In this document: positions 1-13,572 of the stretch, one piece after another
Layout of the letters: each line of letters starts with the position of its first letter
Numbering within the stretch: position 1 is the first letter of the stretch
Origin: Chiloscyllium plagiosum
Lineage: Eukaryota
Direction: 5' to 3'
Length of the DNA stretch: 48,627 nt
Assembly (NCBI RefSeq): GCF_004010195.1
Contig: NC_057711.1
Coordinates: 81,605,366 to 81,653,992 of the forward strand
Notes under the pieces: generated by a model
What the model was told of the DNA's origin: nothing
Databases searched by the model: none
Seen by the model: the letters and a program-made list of their open reading frames with translations, nothing else
Made by a program: the position numbers and the translations under genes

Positions 1-559
1 TGGAAAGATCACTGTAGAACAGTTAGTAATAAATATCTAACTGTGATATTAGAATAACATTAAGTAGAATGTACAACTAAAGAGATAATGGGAACTAACA
101 TCACTGATTTATTGTATAACTAGAGTGAGGTACTTTGATTAATATAGTTGGACATGCTGATAAGCTGACAGAAACATGATTAAAAAAAATATAAAAATCC
201 ACGGACCCTGAGGTTCATGGGCATTCGAGAATCTGCTTTCTCAGTGTCACAGTTTTTTTGTTTGCAAATAAAAGACCTACTCCTTGAAGAACTCTCTGTG
301 TCTCCTGGTGATTCTCTATATTTTCTCCACAACACCATTAGCAGGTTGGGAACTCAAATGGTTCAGTGGCAGGTTTAGCATTGGCTGTTTGATGTGGTCA
401 GTGGATTTGCAACTGACTTCCAGTTTCTGCCCAATGAGAGGGAGCAGTTATGATGATGATCTGCAGTAGGTTGTTTCAGCTCAACTAGACCGACCCAAGG
501 CATGATGGAGATCTTCAGGCAGAGACAGAATCTACATGAATGAGGATACAACAAGGCAA

Positions 560-770
560 GGGAGCACGCACATCAGTTTTGCATCTCTTGTCATGATACT
601 GTGGTCTCTAAGGGTTTGCAGGGAAAGTGTTTGCTGTGGATGAGAGGAAAAAAAGCAAGTTGTTTGAATGAGATAGAGGAGGAGGTACCTGGTCCCACAC
701 TCCTAGATACAGCATAGCAGGAGGATCAACGACCTGATAAGGGCAAGAAAGGTGAGTGGCTTGGCACGTT
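560..770 (+). mobile_element. Possible degenerate Myb/SANT-like coding relic of a Harbinger/PIF-type DNA transposon
   Basis: Broken frame resembling ..EIEEEV...RRINDLIRARK followed by an AG|gtgagt donor. Resemblance from memory only. Confidence 0.3.
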
Positions 771-1185
771 TAACTATATCTTAATGATCCTGGAAACTCA
801 ACTACTCTCATTCTGCTTTCCCAAGTATTCACCTGCATGTCATGATGCCTACTACCTCATATAGCTACCTCATCACATCCCTAACTGGTTTTCCATCAGT
901 GACACTCAGTCTCATCTTAATGCAATGCTACACCCATCTCTCACAGTGACGCTCTGACAACTGGAGTGGTTCCATCCTGTCAACATTCCATTTCTCCTAT
1001 TCAATTCTTTACTTCCTCTCTAGTCATCTTCACTTACACCAGGCGCTGGGGATAAATCAAATCTCAGCAGATCTGACCATTAAAGATGGAAAGAAATTGG
1101 TCTCCCATTTCCCTGGTGACAGAATTATGTATCACAGAGCCAGTTGGCATACAAATGACCTTGTCTGCTCTATTTCAAGACTTTC

Positions 1186-1690
1186 AGAGAATCAAAGAAT
1201 GATACAGCATGAAAACAGACCCCTCAGTCCAACCAGCCCATACCGAATATAATCCCAAACTAAACTAGCCCCACCTGCCTGTTCCTGGCCCATATCCCTT
1301 CAAACATTTCCTGTTCATATACTGATCCAAATGTCTTTTATAAGTTGTAATTGTACCCACATCCAACAATCCATCAGGAAGTTCATTCCACAGGCGAACT
1401 ACCTTCTGTGTTAAAATCTACTCCTCATATATTTTGTAAATCTATCTCCCCACACCTTAAAATTGTGCCCCCTAGTCCTGAAATCCCCCATCCAAGGGAA
1501 AACACAAATACTATTAACTCTATCTATCTTCTCCATTATTTTATAAATTTCCCTTAGGTCACCTCTCAACACCTACACTCCAGTGAAAAAAGTCCAAGGC
1601 TATTCAGCCTTTCTTTATAACTCAAACCTTTCGTACCCAAAAACATCCTGGTAAAGCTCTTCTGAACCCTCTCCAGCTTAATAACTTCTG
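1186..1690 (-). mobile_element. CR1 LINE 3' fragment (ORF2 C-terminus plus tail)
   Basis: ORF 1566-1754 contains LERVQKSFTRMFLGTKGLSYKERLNSLGLFSLE; CR1-type tail gggtctgttttcatgctgtatc on the minus strand. Confidence 0.85.
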
Positions 1691-3040
1691 GTAGACTCTT
1701 GAAACATACTTCAGCAGTTTCGTATTTTTGGCATATTCCAGGAAACCCATGCACAACATGAATGTGTGAATTTACAATAAGAAAATCAGATAGTGGGCAG
1801 TATCTAAATTGCTAATCTGACGGTCCATTTGGGAGTTCTCACACACTGCGGATCATGTGAAGATTAAAGGTACAATAGAATGGAATAGTTGTTTATTGTC
1901 ATTTGTTTATTTTACAAAAACATACAGTGGAAAGTGTTTAAGTCACCAATCCAAGGCACCTACATCAATAACAGAAGGCATAGATAAGAAAAACCTTTAA
2001 AAATTAAGACAAAACCCATCGTAGTTCAATTCATAGCTACTGAATTTTGGAAAACACAGTACCACTGCAAGACCACCACAGAGGGCCACTGGAATCCCAG
2101 GATTCCACAGAAGCCACCACAGGGAACAATCTTGTCACCGATCCTAGGAAGGAAGACATTGCAAAAACTGCTCAAGGGAATTTCAGGCCGAAACCACCTC
2201 ATCGCTGAAGCTACCATGGACCCATCCAGTGGAATCCTGGGCTGTGCCGCCAAAGACACTGAAGCAGACCACCACTGGGTGTGGCCGCAATAGCCATGAG
2301 GAACCACCATCACCGCCATAGCAGCTTCCAAAACATCCCTCCTCCATTGAAGCCAAAGTCACCTCTGCGGATGTAGCAGCCAATACAGGTCCCCATGCCT
2401 ACCCTTCTACCAGCCACCTACTCGATCAGAGTCCATCTTCAGGCTCACCAACCATTGCGATGTACTGAACCCCAATGAAGCTGCCTTCCTACATCCTCTG
2501 CCAAAAAAAATGAGGAAAAAAGGAAACAAAGAAAAGCAGATGGACTGGACAAGCACTGGGCACAGGAGCCCTGACGCCACCTCTCCACTGCCACCATCTA
2601 CCAAAGGTAGATGCTAGCGACCTCCCATTAGCATCACCAACAAGCTGACAGTTTCAATTCTTTTAAGTTTACACCCCTTTGCACACTTTCTCATTGACTG
2701 AGGTTAAAATTCTCCCCATTAATGCTGCTTCTCTCTGCTCAGGCTCTGTCAGACATGTGGAGTATTTCCAACATTTATTTCAAGACCTTTATTATGTTTC
2801 GTGTGAAGAGACTTTGATAGCTCTTGAAATGTATTTTGTACTGGTTTATAATTATTATCCCACTTCTCTGCCTTAAAGTTACATATCAGTTATTTAATCA
2901 TTTGAATATTTCATATACTTTGAGGACACTATCCTTTAATTAGCTTCTCCTGAGGTTGTAGAGATGGAGTTTGTCAATCCTAAGTATTGGTGCAATTTTT
3001 AATAACTGAAAGAACTGATGGATAGAATCCAACATACAAT

Positions 3041-3590
3041 TGTTATGATCCCAAGGTTGACTGTTAGTAGGTGACCTTTTCTCATGTGGTTTTAGGCACA
3101 AATCCATGGGTTTGGGTTCAAGACAAATTGGTTGAGAAGAAGATAAGCTCTAGAACTGTCTTCATGCTTAGTCTTCTATAATGTACATATTAAGAGCAAA
3201 TACAATGATACTTGTTAATCAGAGATATACCAGGCTCTAATCTTTCTTTTATACTTCTGAAAGAATAGTTTTTAACTCATTTCATTACTTCATTCTAGTT
3301 GATCTGTTCCACATACTTCCTACATGTATTTGTCTCTTTTTACATTATCTGAACTTTCTTGTCTCTCAATTTTCTCTGTTCCAATCTTTCCTGACATAAC
3401 TCCACCGCACATCATGCCATTTATGCCCAGTTTGGAGCATCTCCATGACATCATTATATAGTTGCTCCAGGATCCCAAAGCCTTCACGCAAAAGACATTT
3501 ACATTGATTTAGGCATACACTTCACATATGTATGGCAATATTATCAGTTCTACTTTGTCTCAAGATAGAGAGTCACCACTTGTGATAACA
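3041..3590. mobile_element. Candidate solo LTR
   Basis: Bounded by a TGTTAT...ATAACA terminal inverted repeat, 550 bp. No clean TSD seen. Confidence 0.3.
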
Positions 3591-3769
3591 ATTTCTTATA
3601 TTTTCCCTGTTTATCCTGTGTTTATGTCTATTTATCCCCATTGTCTCATTCTGAAAGTTTTGAGTTTAGTGACATAAAATGATATTGCAGGAGACCACTT
3701 AATCAATTGTGATTATGCTAGCTCCTGGCAAAAACCATTCAATTAACCACACTCTCTTCTGTCCCATTA

Positions 3770-6700
3770 ACACATTCTTAGCAAAGGCAAATTTAGTGAA
3801 ATGGATGGTCTCACATGCAATTCTCCAGTCCATGATGAATAAACATCAAAAGAAAACTTTGAGAGAGAATTCAAGTGTTTTGCTCTAACAGTGAGAGATT
3901 CCGGGCAACTTTCAAATCCCAACAGCAGCTGAAAATTAAATAAAAATCCTGGCTCTGTGGGAGCTTGACCCCACACCTTCATGTTGTTTCTATTGTTCCA
4001 AATTTAAAACAAAACTCAAGGCCTCACAAGCTGTTTACTTTATTGGCTTGGAACAGGCCACTCAGCACATCTGCCTCAACCTCTCTTCATAAAATAAACC
4101 AGGGCAAAATATGCTTTTTAAAGCCATAGTACCATCAGACTTATCCCCTTTAAAAAAAATAAACATCAAAATACAAAGATTGCTTCAATTTTCAAAACCT
4201 TTAGTCTTACATTAATAGTACACTACAACACATATACAGTACATTACAAACATTCAGTACCACAGTCCATTTCAATCCATTTCTTCCTTCCACCAAACAC
4301 CCCCATCTTTACAATATGTCAGCAATTAGATTTTCTCATCCTGCCACGTGTATAATTTTCAAATTGAATGGCTGCAATAATAAGCTTCATCTAAACAGTC
4401 TGGAATTTTTATTCTTAAATTTCTCCAAAAACTTTACTGGGTTGTGATCAGTATACACAAACGTCTCAGGCACATTACTAGCAATATAAATGTTGAAATG
4501 TTGCAACGTCAACACCAAGCTCAAAATATCCTTCTTAATCATGGAATATTTCTGTTGATGGATATTCAACTTTCTAGAAAAATACCCAATATGTCTTTTT
4601 ATCTTCTTGTCATCATCTTGCAAGAGTATAGCACCGACACCCACATCACTCACATCAATAGCCATCTTGAATGGCTTTGCATAGTTAGGAGTAGCTGACA
4701 CTGGGGCAGTGTTCAACCCAACTTTCAGGTTGCCAAATGCCTTCTGACTTTCTTTCATCTATTGAAATTTTCTGCATTTTTTCAACAGGTCAGTCAGTGG
4801 AGCAACTACACTGTTAAAATTCGTTATGAATTTCTGCTAAAACCCATTCAGTCCCAGAAATCATAGCACTCCCCCCTTCATCAATGGTATTGGGGACTCC
4901 CCAATAACCTTTGTTTTCACATCTTGTGGGGCCATCTGTCCATGTCCAATAACGTGACCCAGGAACATGACTTGGACTTTTTCGAACTCACTCTTAGCCA
5001 GGTTCATCACCAGGTTCATCCTGAATCCAATTATTCTGCTAATTGCTCCAAATATTTCTTCTACTCATGACTGAAAATCACCAGATGTATCCATACAATT
5101 GAGTAATCCCAAAAGGACCTTATCGGTTTGTCTTTGAAATGTGGTTGGTGCATTTTCCATACCACGTGACTTTAAAATGGTATAGCCCATTCATTGTCAT
5201 GAAAGCCAAAGTTTCCTTCATTCTTTTGGATAAAGGTACCGGCCAGTATGCTCTATGTAAGTCCAATTTACAGATAAAGTTGCTTGTCCCACCTTCTCAA
5301 TACAGTCTTCCAAGCGTGAAATAGGAAATGTATCGGATTTTGTAACTGCATTGACATTGCAACAGAGTTAATTATTATTGTGCACCTTCCAGTTTTACTA
5401 AAGGTGACCTCTATTCGCTACAACTAATGGCGATTATATTGTCTGTGAGTATGTGTTCAATCTCTTTTTGAACCTGAGTCATCCTTTATAAGGATGTTGC
5501 TGCCTAGCCAACTCGCCCACTCTGTTTAATCTTTATCGAAAGATTGACACATAGTCCAGATATGTGATTAGATTACTTACAGTGTGGAAACAGGCCCTTC
5601 GGCCCAACAAGCCCACACTGACCCTCCGAAGAACAACCCACCCAGACCCATTCCCCTACACCTACCCCTTCGCCTAACACTACGGGCAATTTAACATGGC
5701 CAATTCACCTAACCTGCACATTTTTGGACCATGGGAGGAAACCAGAGCACTTGGAGGAAACCCACGCAGACATAGGGAGAATGTGCAAACTCCACACAGA
5801 CAGTTGCCTGAGGCGGGAATTGAACCCGGGTCTCTGGCGCTGTGAGGCAGCAGTGCTAACCACTGTGCCACCATGCTATGGTTTCTGAACTCTGAATCAC
5901 CACGTTCTCCTTAATTAATTTCAGTGGTACTCTTACCTCATACCAAAAACTAATTAAAATGTACTAAATTCAGTAGATTAATTAAGCACACCCTAAGTGC
6001 AAGAAGTACAAATAGAATTCCTTTATCCCAATCCTCTGAATAGTCTTGACTCTAAGCCCTCAACATGGTCTTCATAGTTTGATGCCACAATTCTAATGCT
6101 CCATGATTCTGGATGGTGCACAGTGGATTTGAACTGTTTTATTCCTAAGCTATCCATGAATACCTTTGATGTACAATTTGACCCTTGATGTGTGGGTAGT
6201 CCTTACCTAGTAAAAAATATTGAGTAACTCTTCGCAATCCTTTTCACCACAACATTGCAAAATGGAATTGCCTCCAAAAGCCTAGTAGATACATGCATTA
6301 TGCTCAATAAATACTGATTCCCACTTTTTATTTTAAGTAGGGGTCCCACACAATCTATTAAGACTTTTATAAAAGTTTCCTCAAATGTGTGAATGGTTAT
6401 TAAAGGTGCTGGTTGTATCACTGCCTGAGGTTTTCCAATTACCTGACACATATGATACGTCCAGCAAAAGTCAACCATATCCTTATGTAGTCCAGGCCAA
6501 AAAAAATGATTTTTGTATTTTGGCTTGAGTTTTCCTTATTTGGAAATAACCTCCTATTGGTAATTCATGTGCTACTCACAACACCTTTTTATAACCCATT
6601 GGTGATACAACTTTACGAACTTCTGCCCACTTTTTATCCACCTGAATATGTGGTGGTCTCCATTTCCTCATCAAGACTTCATTTTTAAGATAGCAATATT

Positions 6701-9257
6701 ATGGGATACACTCAGACTCTTTTTCTGTATATGCTTTTTGGTACACTGCTTTAGTTTTTCATCTTTCAGTTGTAATTCAGCTAATTTCTCTGAACTAAAA
6801 ATATCCACTTTGCTCCCCACCTGTTCTTGCTTTTTTCCAACTATTTTATCAAACATAGTTTCTGTTAATTGAAATTCAACTTCCCTACTCTTACTCCTTG
6901 ATTTCTCCTGTTTCAACTTGTAGCTTTGTGACCTTGTTACCACACAGTCAGGAAAAATCCCAGGATATACTTGCTGTAACACATCAGTGGTCTGATTTTC
7001 CACTGGTTTTTCAACCACAGTAGGCATCACTTCTACCTGTGATCTAATTACATAATTCCCAAGGATAAACTGTACTTCTGGAACTGAGAATTTACCTGTT
7101 ATTCCTACCACCACTTCACCACTCTTCACTGGACTGACCAATCTCACTTTATGTAATGGAACACTGCTCTTTTCACCATGAATTCTATATGTTACCACCT
7201 TTTCTGGCAATACTCCGGAATTGCATTTCTCATCATCTTTCATCATCAAACATTGATTTGCTTCTGTATCTCTTAAAATTTTAATTTCTTTATCTGCTCC
7301 TCCTGACATACATAAGAAAACCTTACCCACGTAAGTAAATTCTTTAAAGAGATCTGGAACTTTCTTCTCAACAACCCCTGATCAGGTTGTACATTTTTTT
7401 GCTGCTTTTTAGCTTCCATTATGCTTTCCTTTACCAGTTCAACAGGACTCACTGACTTATATTGTTTTCCCACATCTGTCTTCCCAGGGCTTTTTCTAAA
7501 TACCAACAATGCAATTTCATGTGGCTTAATTTATTGCAATGAAAACAACTGAGCTTTTTTTATTTCTCTTTCCCTCTTATGGGTTTCCTTTTTACTCTGT
7601 GGTAAACTATCTTTACTACCCTCAATGAAATCTCCTTTTCCCTTACCACCTGAGGATTTCTCCTTTCCCCAATTTCTATCGCCATTGATTGAAATTGATG
7701 TCGGAAGCCAAACTTTGATTTATGAACCAACTCATAATCATCTGCTAATCATGCAGTCTTAACTCTTTGCTATTCCCATGAGTTCTCACAACATCAGGAA
7801 GGGAATTTTTGAACTCGTCCAAAATAATAATCTAAGAGCATCATGTGTTTGATCTATTTCCAATGCCCTTATCCACCAATCAGAATTACTTTGTTTGATC
7901 TTTTCATACTCAATGTACATTTGACCAGGTTCCCTTTCTAAGATTCCTAAAACATCTGTAGGTTTCTGGTACTAGCTCATATGTACTTAAGATGCCTTTT
8001 TTTCACTTCTTCATACTCCCCAGATATATCCTCTGATAGAGACGAAAATACCTCAGTAGCTCTACCTACCAAATTTGTTTGGATCAAAACTACCCACATG
8101 GTCTTTGGCCATTTCATTAGTTTAGCCATCTTCTCAAATGAAATGAAGAAGGCTTTTACATCTTTCTTGTCAAACTTAGGTAATGCTGGGACATATTTAA
8201 ACCGATCCTCACTGGGCCTGTGGCTAGGATGGGATTGCTCATCATTATTCCTATTTTTCACCCGTACCTCCGCTTTTTTAAGTCAACTTTGCGTTTTCAA
8301 TTTCAACCTCCGAAGTTCAAAACCTCTCTCCATCTCCCCTTCCTCTGCTAGGGCCTTCCTTTTCTTCTCTTTTTCCTCTGCTAGTGCTATTCTATCTTTC
8401 TGAGTTTCTTTGATCTTCAAACATAATTCAAACTGTTTCATTTCCTTTTCTCTTTCTTTCTTTCTTTTTGCCTCTAATTCAAGCTGCTTCGTTTACAATT
8501 GAATTTTAGCCATTTCCAAAGATTCCAATATCTTTTTTGGAAATCATGAATGTCGAGCTAATACTGCAATTACTTCCCCTTTTTGCACAAAGGCAACCCC
8601 AGCTCCAGCTTGTCTGCCAGTGCCAAAAGCTTTGCCTTGCTCACTCTCTGTAAACCTCCCAAAGTGACTTCTTCCACCCGCATTACTACACAAGGCCAAC
8701 CCTATGTAAACCAACCATACGCAATGTCTTTGAGTCCAATAATCCTAAACCCAAACTGGGTAGCCTAGACCCCACCTTTAAGACAAGTGTAAAGCATTGT
8801 GTTGTGGATGCAATTCAATTGGTCAAACTACCAGGCTTGAAGTACACAATAATAGATTAATAAACTACTAAATACCAACTGTTCCAATACAGTAACATAT
8901 GATAAACACACCCTTGGCAAAGGCAAATTCAGTAGATTGTCTCACATGTAATTCTCCAGACCAGGAGGAAAAAACATCAGGAGAAAACTTTGACAGAGAG
9001 AACTCAAGTGTTTTACTGTAGCAGGGAGAGATGCAAACATCAAAAGCTATTGAAAATGAAACTAAAAATTGTGTTTCTGTGTGAGCTTGACCTACACCTT
9101 CATGCTGCGTCCATTGTTCCAACTTTTTAAAAAGCCCTAAGGTTGCAGAAGCTGTTTACTTTATTGGCTTGAAACAGGCTGCTTGACACCTCTGTCTTAA
9201 CCACTCTTCATTAAAAAAAGGACAAAATGCATCTCTTAAATCCATAGTATTGTCACA
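3770..9257 (-). mobile_element. Decayed Ty3/Gypsy LTR retrotransposon, Gmr1-like (gag-PR-IN-RT-RH)
   Basis: Diverged direct LTRs ~3770-4139 and ~8760-9257 (starts TGTGACA on minus); purine tract aaaggggataag next to the 3' LTR. gag LPKFDKKDVKAFFISFEK..W.VLIQ (7977-8261); zinc knuckle CFHCNKLSHMKLHC (~7507-7548); protease ILRDTEA (~7265); integrase VLIDCVGPL..KSGNQYLLSIM..STR..EAIP (6203-6478); RT GLYHFKV..GMENAPTTFQR (~5130-5190); RNase H AIDVSDVGVGAILLQ..YFSRKLN..YTDHNP (4387-4758). Many frameshifts. Confidence 0.92.
5566..5876 (-). mobile_element. tRNA-derived V-SINE (HE1-like) inserted in the Gypsy element
   Basis: Minus strand: A box TGGCACAGTGG, B box GGTTCAATTCC, V-domain-like ctgtgtggagtttgcacattctccc..ggtttcctcc, CR1-like tail gggccgaagggcctgtttccacactgtaagtaatctaatc. 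Confidence 0.9.
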
Positions 9258-9548
9258 ACATGCATTTTAAATTTAAGTGTATTACTTTAATAATTCTCAG
9301 GCATATTTAACACAGCCAAATATTTGTGATATTGGCCATATTTTTAAAATACAATTTTCATTTTGCTCTGATAAAGTAAACTGAAGACCAAAGGTCTATC
9401 TGTCATTTCAGAAACTGTAGTGAAAGCAGAATCAGTGGTAGCCTTCCAAAAAGACCTTTTTTGAAAAGAAAAGAACAATTTTAAAGAGTTCAGAGAAGCG
9501 GCATGTAGCATGGGGCTACGTGTATAGTCATACATACAGAATCGTACC

Positions 9549-12150
9549 TAACAGGCGATGTCCCAGACACCACTATCACCATCTCTGAATATGTCCTGTC
9601 CCACCAGCAGGATAGACCTAGCAGAGGTGGAGGCACAAGGGTATACAATTGGGAGGAAATTAGTCTGGGAGTCCTCATATTTACTCCAGCCCCACAAAGT
9701 CTTGTGGCTTTGGGTTAAACATGGACAAGGAAACATCCTACTAATTACCATATAACCTCCTCCCTTGGCTAATAAATCAGTACTCCTCCATTGGCAAGGG
9801 AACAAAATGTAGTCTGGATGGGGGATTTCAATGTCCACCACCAAGAGTAGCTCGCAGTAGCATTACTGATCAAGCCAGTCAGGTCCTAAAGAACATATCT
9901 GATAGACTGAGTCTGCAGCAGGTGGTGAGGGAACCGACAAGAGGGAAAATCATACTTGACCTCATCTTTACCAACCTGCCAGCAGCAAATTCATCTATCC
10001 ATGACAATATTGGTAAAAGCGACCACTGTACAGTCCTTGTGGAGGCGAAGTCCTGTCTTTACATTGAGAATACCCTCCATCATGTTGTGTGGCGCTATCA
10101 CTTAGAACAGATCAAGCAACTCAAGACTGGGCATCCATGAGGTGCTATGGGCCATCAACAGCAGCAGAATTGTCCCTCAGCACAATCTGTCACCTCATAG
10201 CCTGGCATGTCCCTGAGTTAATCATTCCCATCAAGAAGCAGCACCAGGCATTCCCCAAATAGAGACACCAACCTGGTGAAACTACCAAACAGAATCATTT
10301 GCATGACAAACAGCATAAGCGGTAAGTGATAGACAGAGCTAAGTGATCCCCCAACCAATGGATCACATCTAAGCTCTGCAGTCCTGCCACAACCAGTTTT
10401 GAAAGGTGGTGAGCAATTAAACTCCTCAGTGGTGGAGGAAGCTCCACAAATATTCCCATCCTCAACGATGGAAGAGCCCAACACGTCAATGCAAAAGATA
10501 AGGCTGAAATATTCACAGCAATCTTCAGCCAGAATTGTCAAGTGGGTAATCTATCTCAGCCCCCTCCGGTGGTCCCCAGCACTACAGCCAATTTGACTCA
10601 CCCCATGTGATATCAAGAAATAGTGGAGACTCTGGATACTGCAAAGGGTATGGGCCCTGACAACATTCTGGAAATAGTACTGAAGACCAGTGTGCCAGAA
10701 CTTGCTGCTCTCCTAACCAAGCTTTTCCAGTACAGTTACAACATTGGCATCTACCCAACAATGTGGAAAATTGCCCAGCTATGTCCTATACATAAATAGC
10801 AGGACAAATCCAAACTGGCCAATTACTGTGCCATGACTCTACTCTAGATCATTAGTAAAGCGATGAAAGGTGCCATCAATAGTGCTATCAAGCAGGACCT
10901 GCTCAGCAATAACCTGTTCAGTGATGTCCAATTCGGGTTCCACCAGGGCCACTCAGCTCCTGACCTCATTACAGCCTTGGTTCAAAAATGGACAGAAGAT
11001 CTGAATTCTAGAGCTGAGGCGAGAGTGGCATCAAGGTTGCATTCAACCGAGTGTGGCATCAAAGAACCCGAGCAAAACTGCAATCAATGGGAAACAAGGG
11101 GCAACCTCTCTGTTAGTTGGAGTCATACCTGAATCATACATAGGAAGATGGTCATGGTTGTTGGAGGTTAGTCATCTCAGCACCAGGACATCTCTGCAGG
11201 AATTCCTCAGGGTAGTGTCCTAGGCCCAATTATCTTCAACTGCTTTATCAATGATCTTCCCTCCATCATACGGTCAGAAGTTGGAATGTTCGGCGAAGAT
11301 TGCACAATGTTCAGCACCATTCATAATTTCTCAAATACTCAGGCACTCCATGTTCAAATGCAACAAGATCTGGACAGTATCCAGGCTTGGGCTGACAAGT
11401 GGCAAATAACATTCATGCTTTGCAAGTGGCAAGCAATGACCATCACCAATAGGAGATAACCTAAACACTGTCCCTTGACATTCAATGTTGTTGCCATCAC
11501 TATTAACATCTGGGGTTTACCATTGGTGGGAAACTCACTGAACTCATCACATAAACACAGTTGCTACAAAAGTAGATCAGAAGCTGGCAATACTGCAGCG
11601 ATAAACTCACCTCCTGATCATTCAAAGTCTGCCCACCATCTACAAGGCATAAGTCAGGAATTTGACAGAATACTCCCCACTTGTCTGGATGGATGCAGCT
11701 CCAACAACACTCAAGAAGTTTGATACTGTCTCGGACAAAGCAGCATGCTTGATTGACACTGCATCCTGCATCGATATTCAGTAGCAGTAGTGTGTACTAT
11801 CTACAGGATGCACTGCAGAAATTCACTAATGATCCTTGGGTAGCACATTCCAAAACTAATGATCGTGTCCATCTAAAAGGACAACGGCAGCAGATACGTA
11901 CTCACTACTACCAGCAAGTTCCCCTCCAAGCTACTCACCATCCTGACTTGGAAATATATCGCTACTCATTCACTGTTACTGGGTCAAAATCCTGAATTCT
12001 CTCCCTAATGGCACTGTGGGTCAACCCACAGTATGTGGACTGCAGCTGTTCAAGGAGGCAGCTCACCACTACTTTCTCAAGAGCAACTAGGGATGGGCAA
12101 TAAATGCTGGCCAGTCAACAATGCCCACATTCCACAAAAATCAATAATAG
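9549..12150 (+). mobile_element. Degenerate CR1/L2-superfamily LINE (APE endonuclease, RT, 3' tail)
   Basis: GDFNVHH, VVREPTRGKIILDLIFTN, GKSDH (endonuclease); QFGF, GIPQGSVLGP and a degenerate FADD (FGED) (RT); tail gggatgggcaataaatgctggcc. Multiple stops and frameshifts. Confidence 0.88.
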
Positions 12151-12224
12151 AAAATGGTCGGAACAGCTCACAGTGTGGTTCTCTCTGAATAACAGCTTGG
12201 TATCCCAGGTTCTGGACATTGATC

Positions 12225-12330
12225 CTTTTTTTTCATTCACTCATGGAATATGGGTATTGCTCGCTGGCCAGAATTTATTGCCAGTGCTTAGTTGTCCTTG
12301 AAAAGGTGTTGGTGAGCCACTGCAGTCCAT
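12225..12330 (-). mobile_element. Short 3'-tail fragment of the same LINE family, inverted
   Basis: Reverse complement matches 12037-12150 (ggactgcag..gctcacc..tcaag..caacta..gcaataaat.ctggccag). Confidence 0.75.
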
Positions 12331-13389
12331 GCCCACAAAGCCAATACTGTCTCTTAATGTGCAGTTGTCAAGTTCCAGAAAATAATCTTAATGAGCTATG
12401 GGACAAAGTAAACTGAAAAGTTAAGATTCTCACTTTGCATAAAATTATTATTTTGTTCTTATATTTATTTCCACCCCTAATGCTTCAGCCATCTCATCCC
12501 TTGTTGCTATATCGATTATATAAATAACTGTTGTTACATTTTGTTCCCCAACAATACTATGTTCCAATCAATTTAAAAGACCTGTCTTTCTACAACCTCT
12601 GTACCTTTTTAATTCCCTATGTTTATCTTGAGCACAGGAACCTTTATTCTGTTGCACTTGAGAGTTCTTTGAATCATTCAGTTAATGTGCTTTTCATAAC
12701 CAGAAATAAAAGAAAATGTCTTTCTCATGTTTTCTGCTTTTCACTGCAGATGAAATAGTCCAAAAAAGCTTTTAAAATTAATATCACAACACTTAGCAAA
12801 GGAATTAAAAATGAATTAATAATAATGTATTTCTGTGATGGAACTTGTAATGCGTTGATTATGCTTTCAAATGGTTATGATCATCACCTCCTAACCGAGG
12901 TTATTTATGATATGTCGTTGGCCATATTTTCTGTTTACAACATGAGAAGTAGATTCATAAAATATTTCTTTTAATAAACATTTTTATTCTCTGAAGTTGC
13001 CATTCTGTCATTAAGTTGTCACATCTGTGGAAATACAACTTGACTTTGACAAGTACATTCTCTCAAGTGGCCCAAGAAAAATCTTTCATTTGATCGGAGT
13101 TGGTAAACCACAGGGAAAAAAATGCTTTAATTGAACATTTTTCCCAAAGTGTCAGAGTATTTGTTAAAAAATAGAAAAATAATAAATAGAACAGTTGATC
13201 ATCTGAGTTTTTAAAAGTCACTTCCCACTTATAACCACAATTTTTGGTACGTGTTAACAGGGGAGGTTTTACATAAAAGTTGTCATCTAAGAATATCTCC
13301 TGTAATATTGATATATGAATCACAAACATTTCATAAATGAATGCAATTGTTAAGTACTAGAATGTTCCATTCTCTGCTGACTTTTGAAT

Positions 13390-13572
13390 ACATGATGTGG
13401 AGGAGCTGGTGTTGGACTGGGGTGAACAAAGTTAAAAATCGCACAACACCAGGTTATAGTCCAACAGGTTTATTTGGAAGCACTAGCTTTCAAAGGAAGG
13501 ATAGGTGCTCCAAAAGCTACTGCTTCCAAATACACCTGTTGGACTATACCCTGGTGTTGTGTGATTTTTGAC
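13390..13572. mobile_element. Short fold-back element (probably Penelope-terminus derived) with 12-bp flanking direct repeat
   Basis: Inverted arms aaagttaaaaatc.cacaacaccagg.tatagtccaacagg.ttatttggaagca / complement; tgacttttgaat at 13378-13389 and 13569-13580. Confidence 0.75.

Noticed and set aside
2026..2604. Cluster of GC-richer overlapping ORFs
   Set aside because: No recognisable domain or splice pattern; probably an unclassified repeat body next to a LINE/SINE-like tail at ~1880-1960.
5805..5876. tRNA gene
   Set aside because: A and B boxes are present but run into a V-SINE body and LINE tail; no full cloverleaf.
6671..7330. 219-aa ORF as a functional protease gene
   Set aside because: Part of the decayed Gypsy pol; the catalytic motif reads DTE and both ends are frameshifted.
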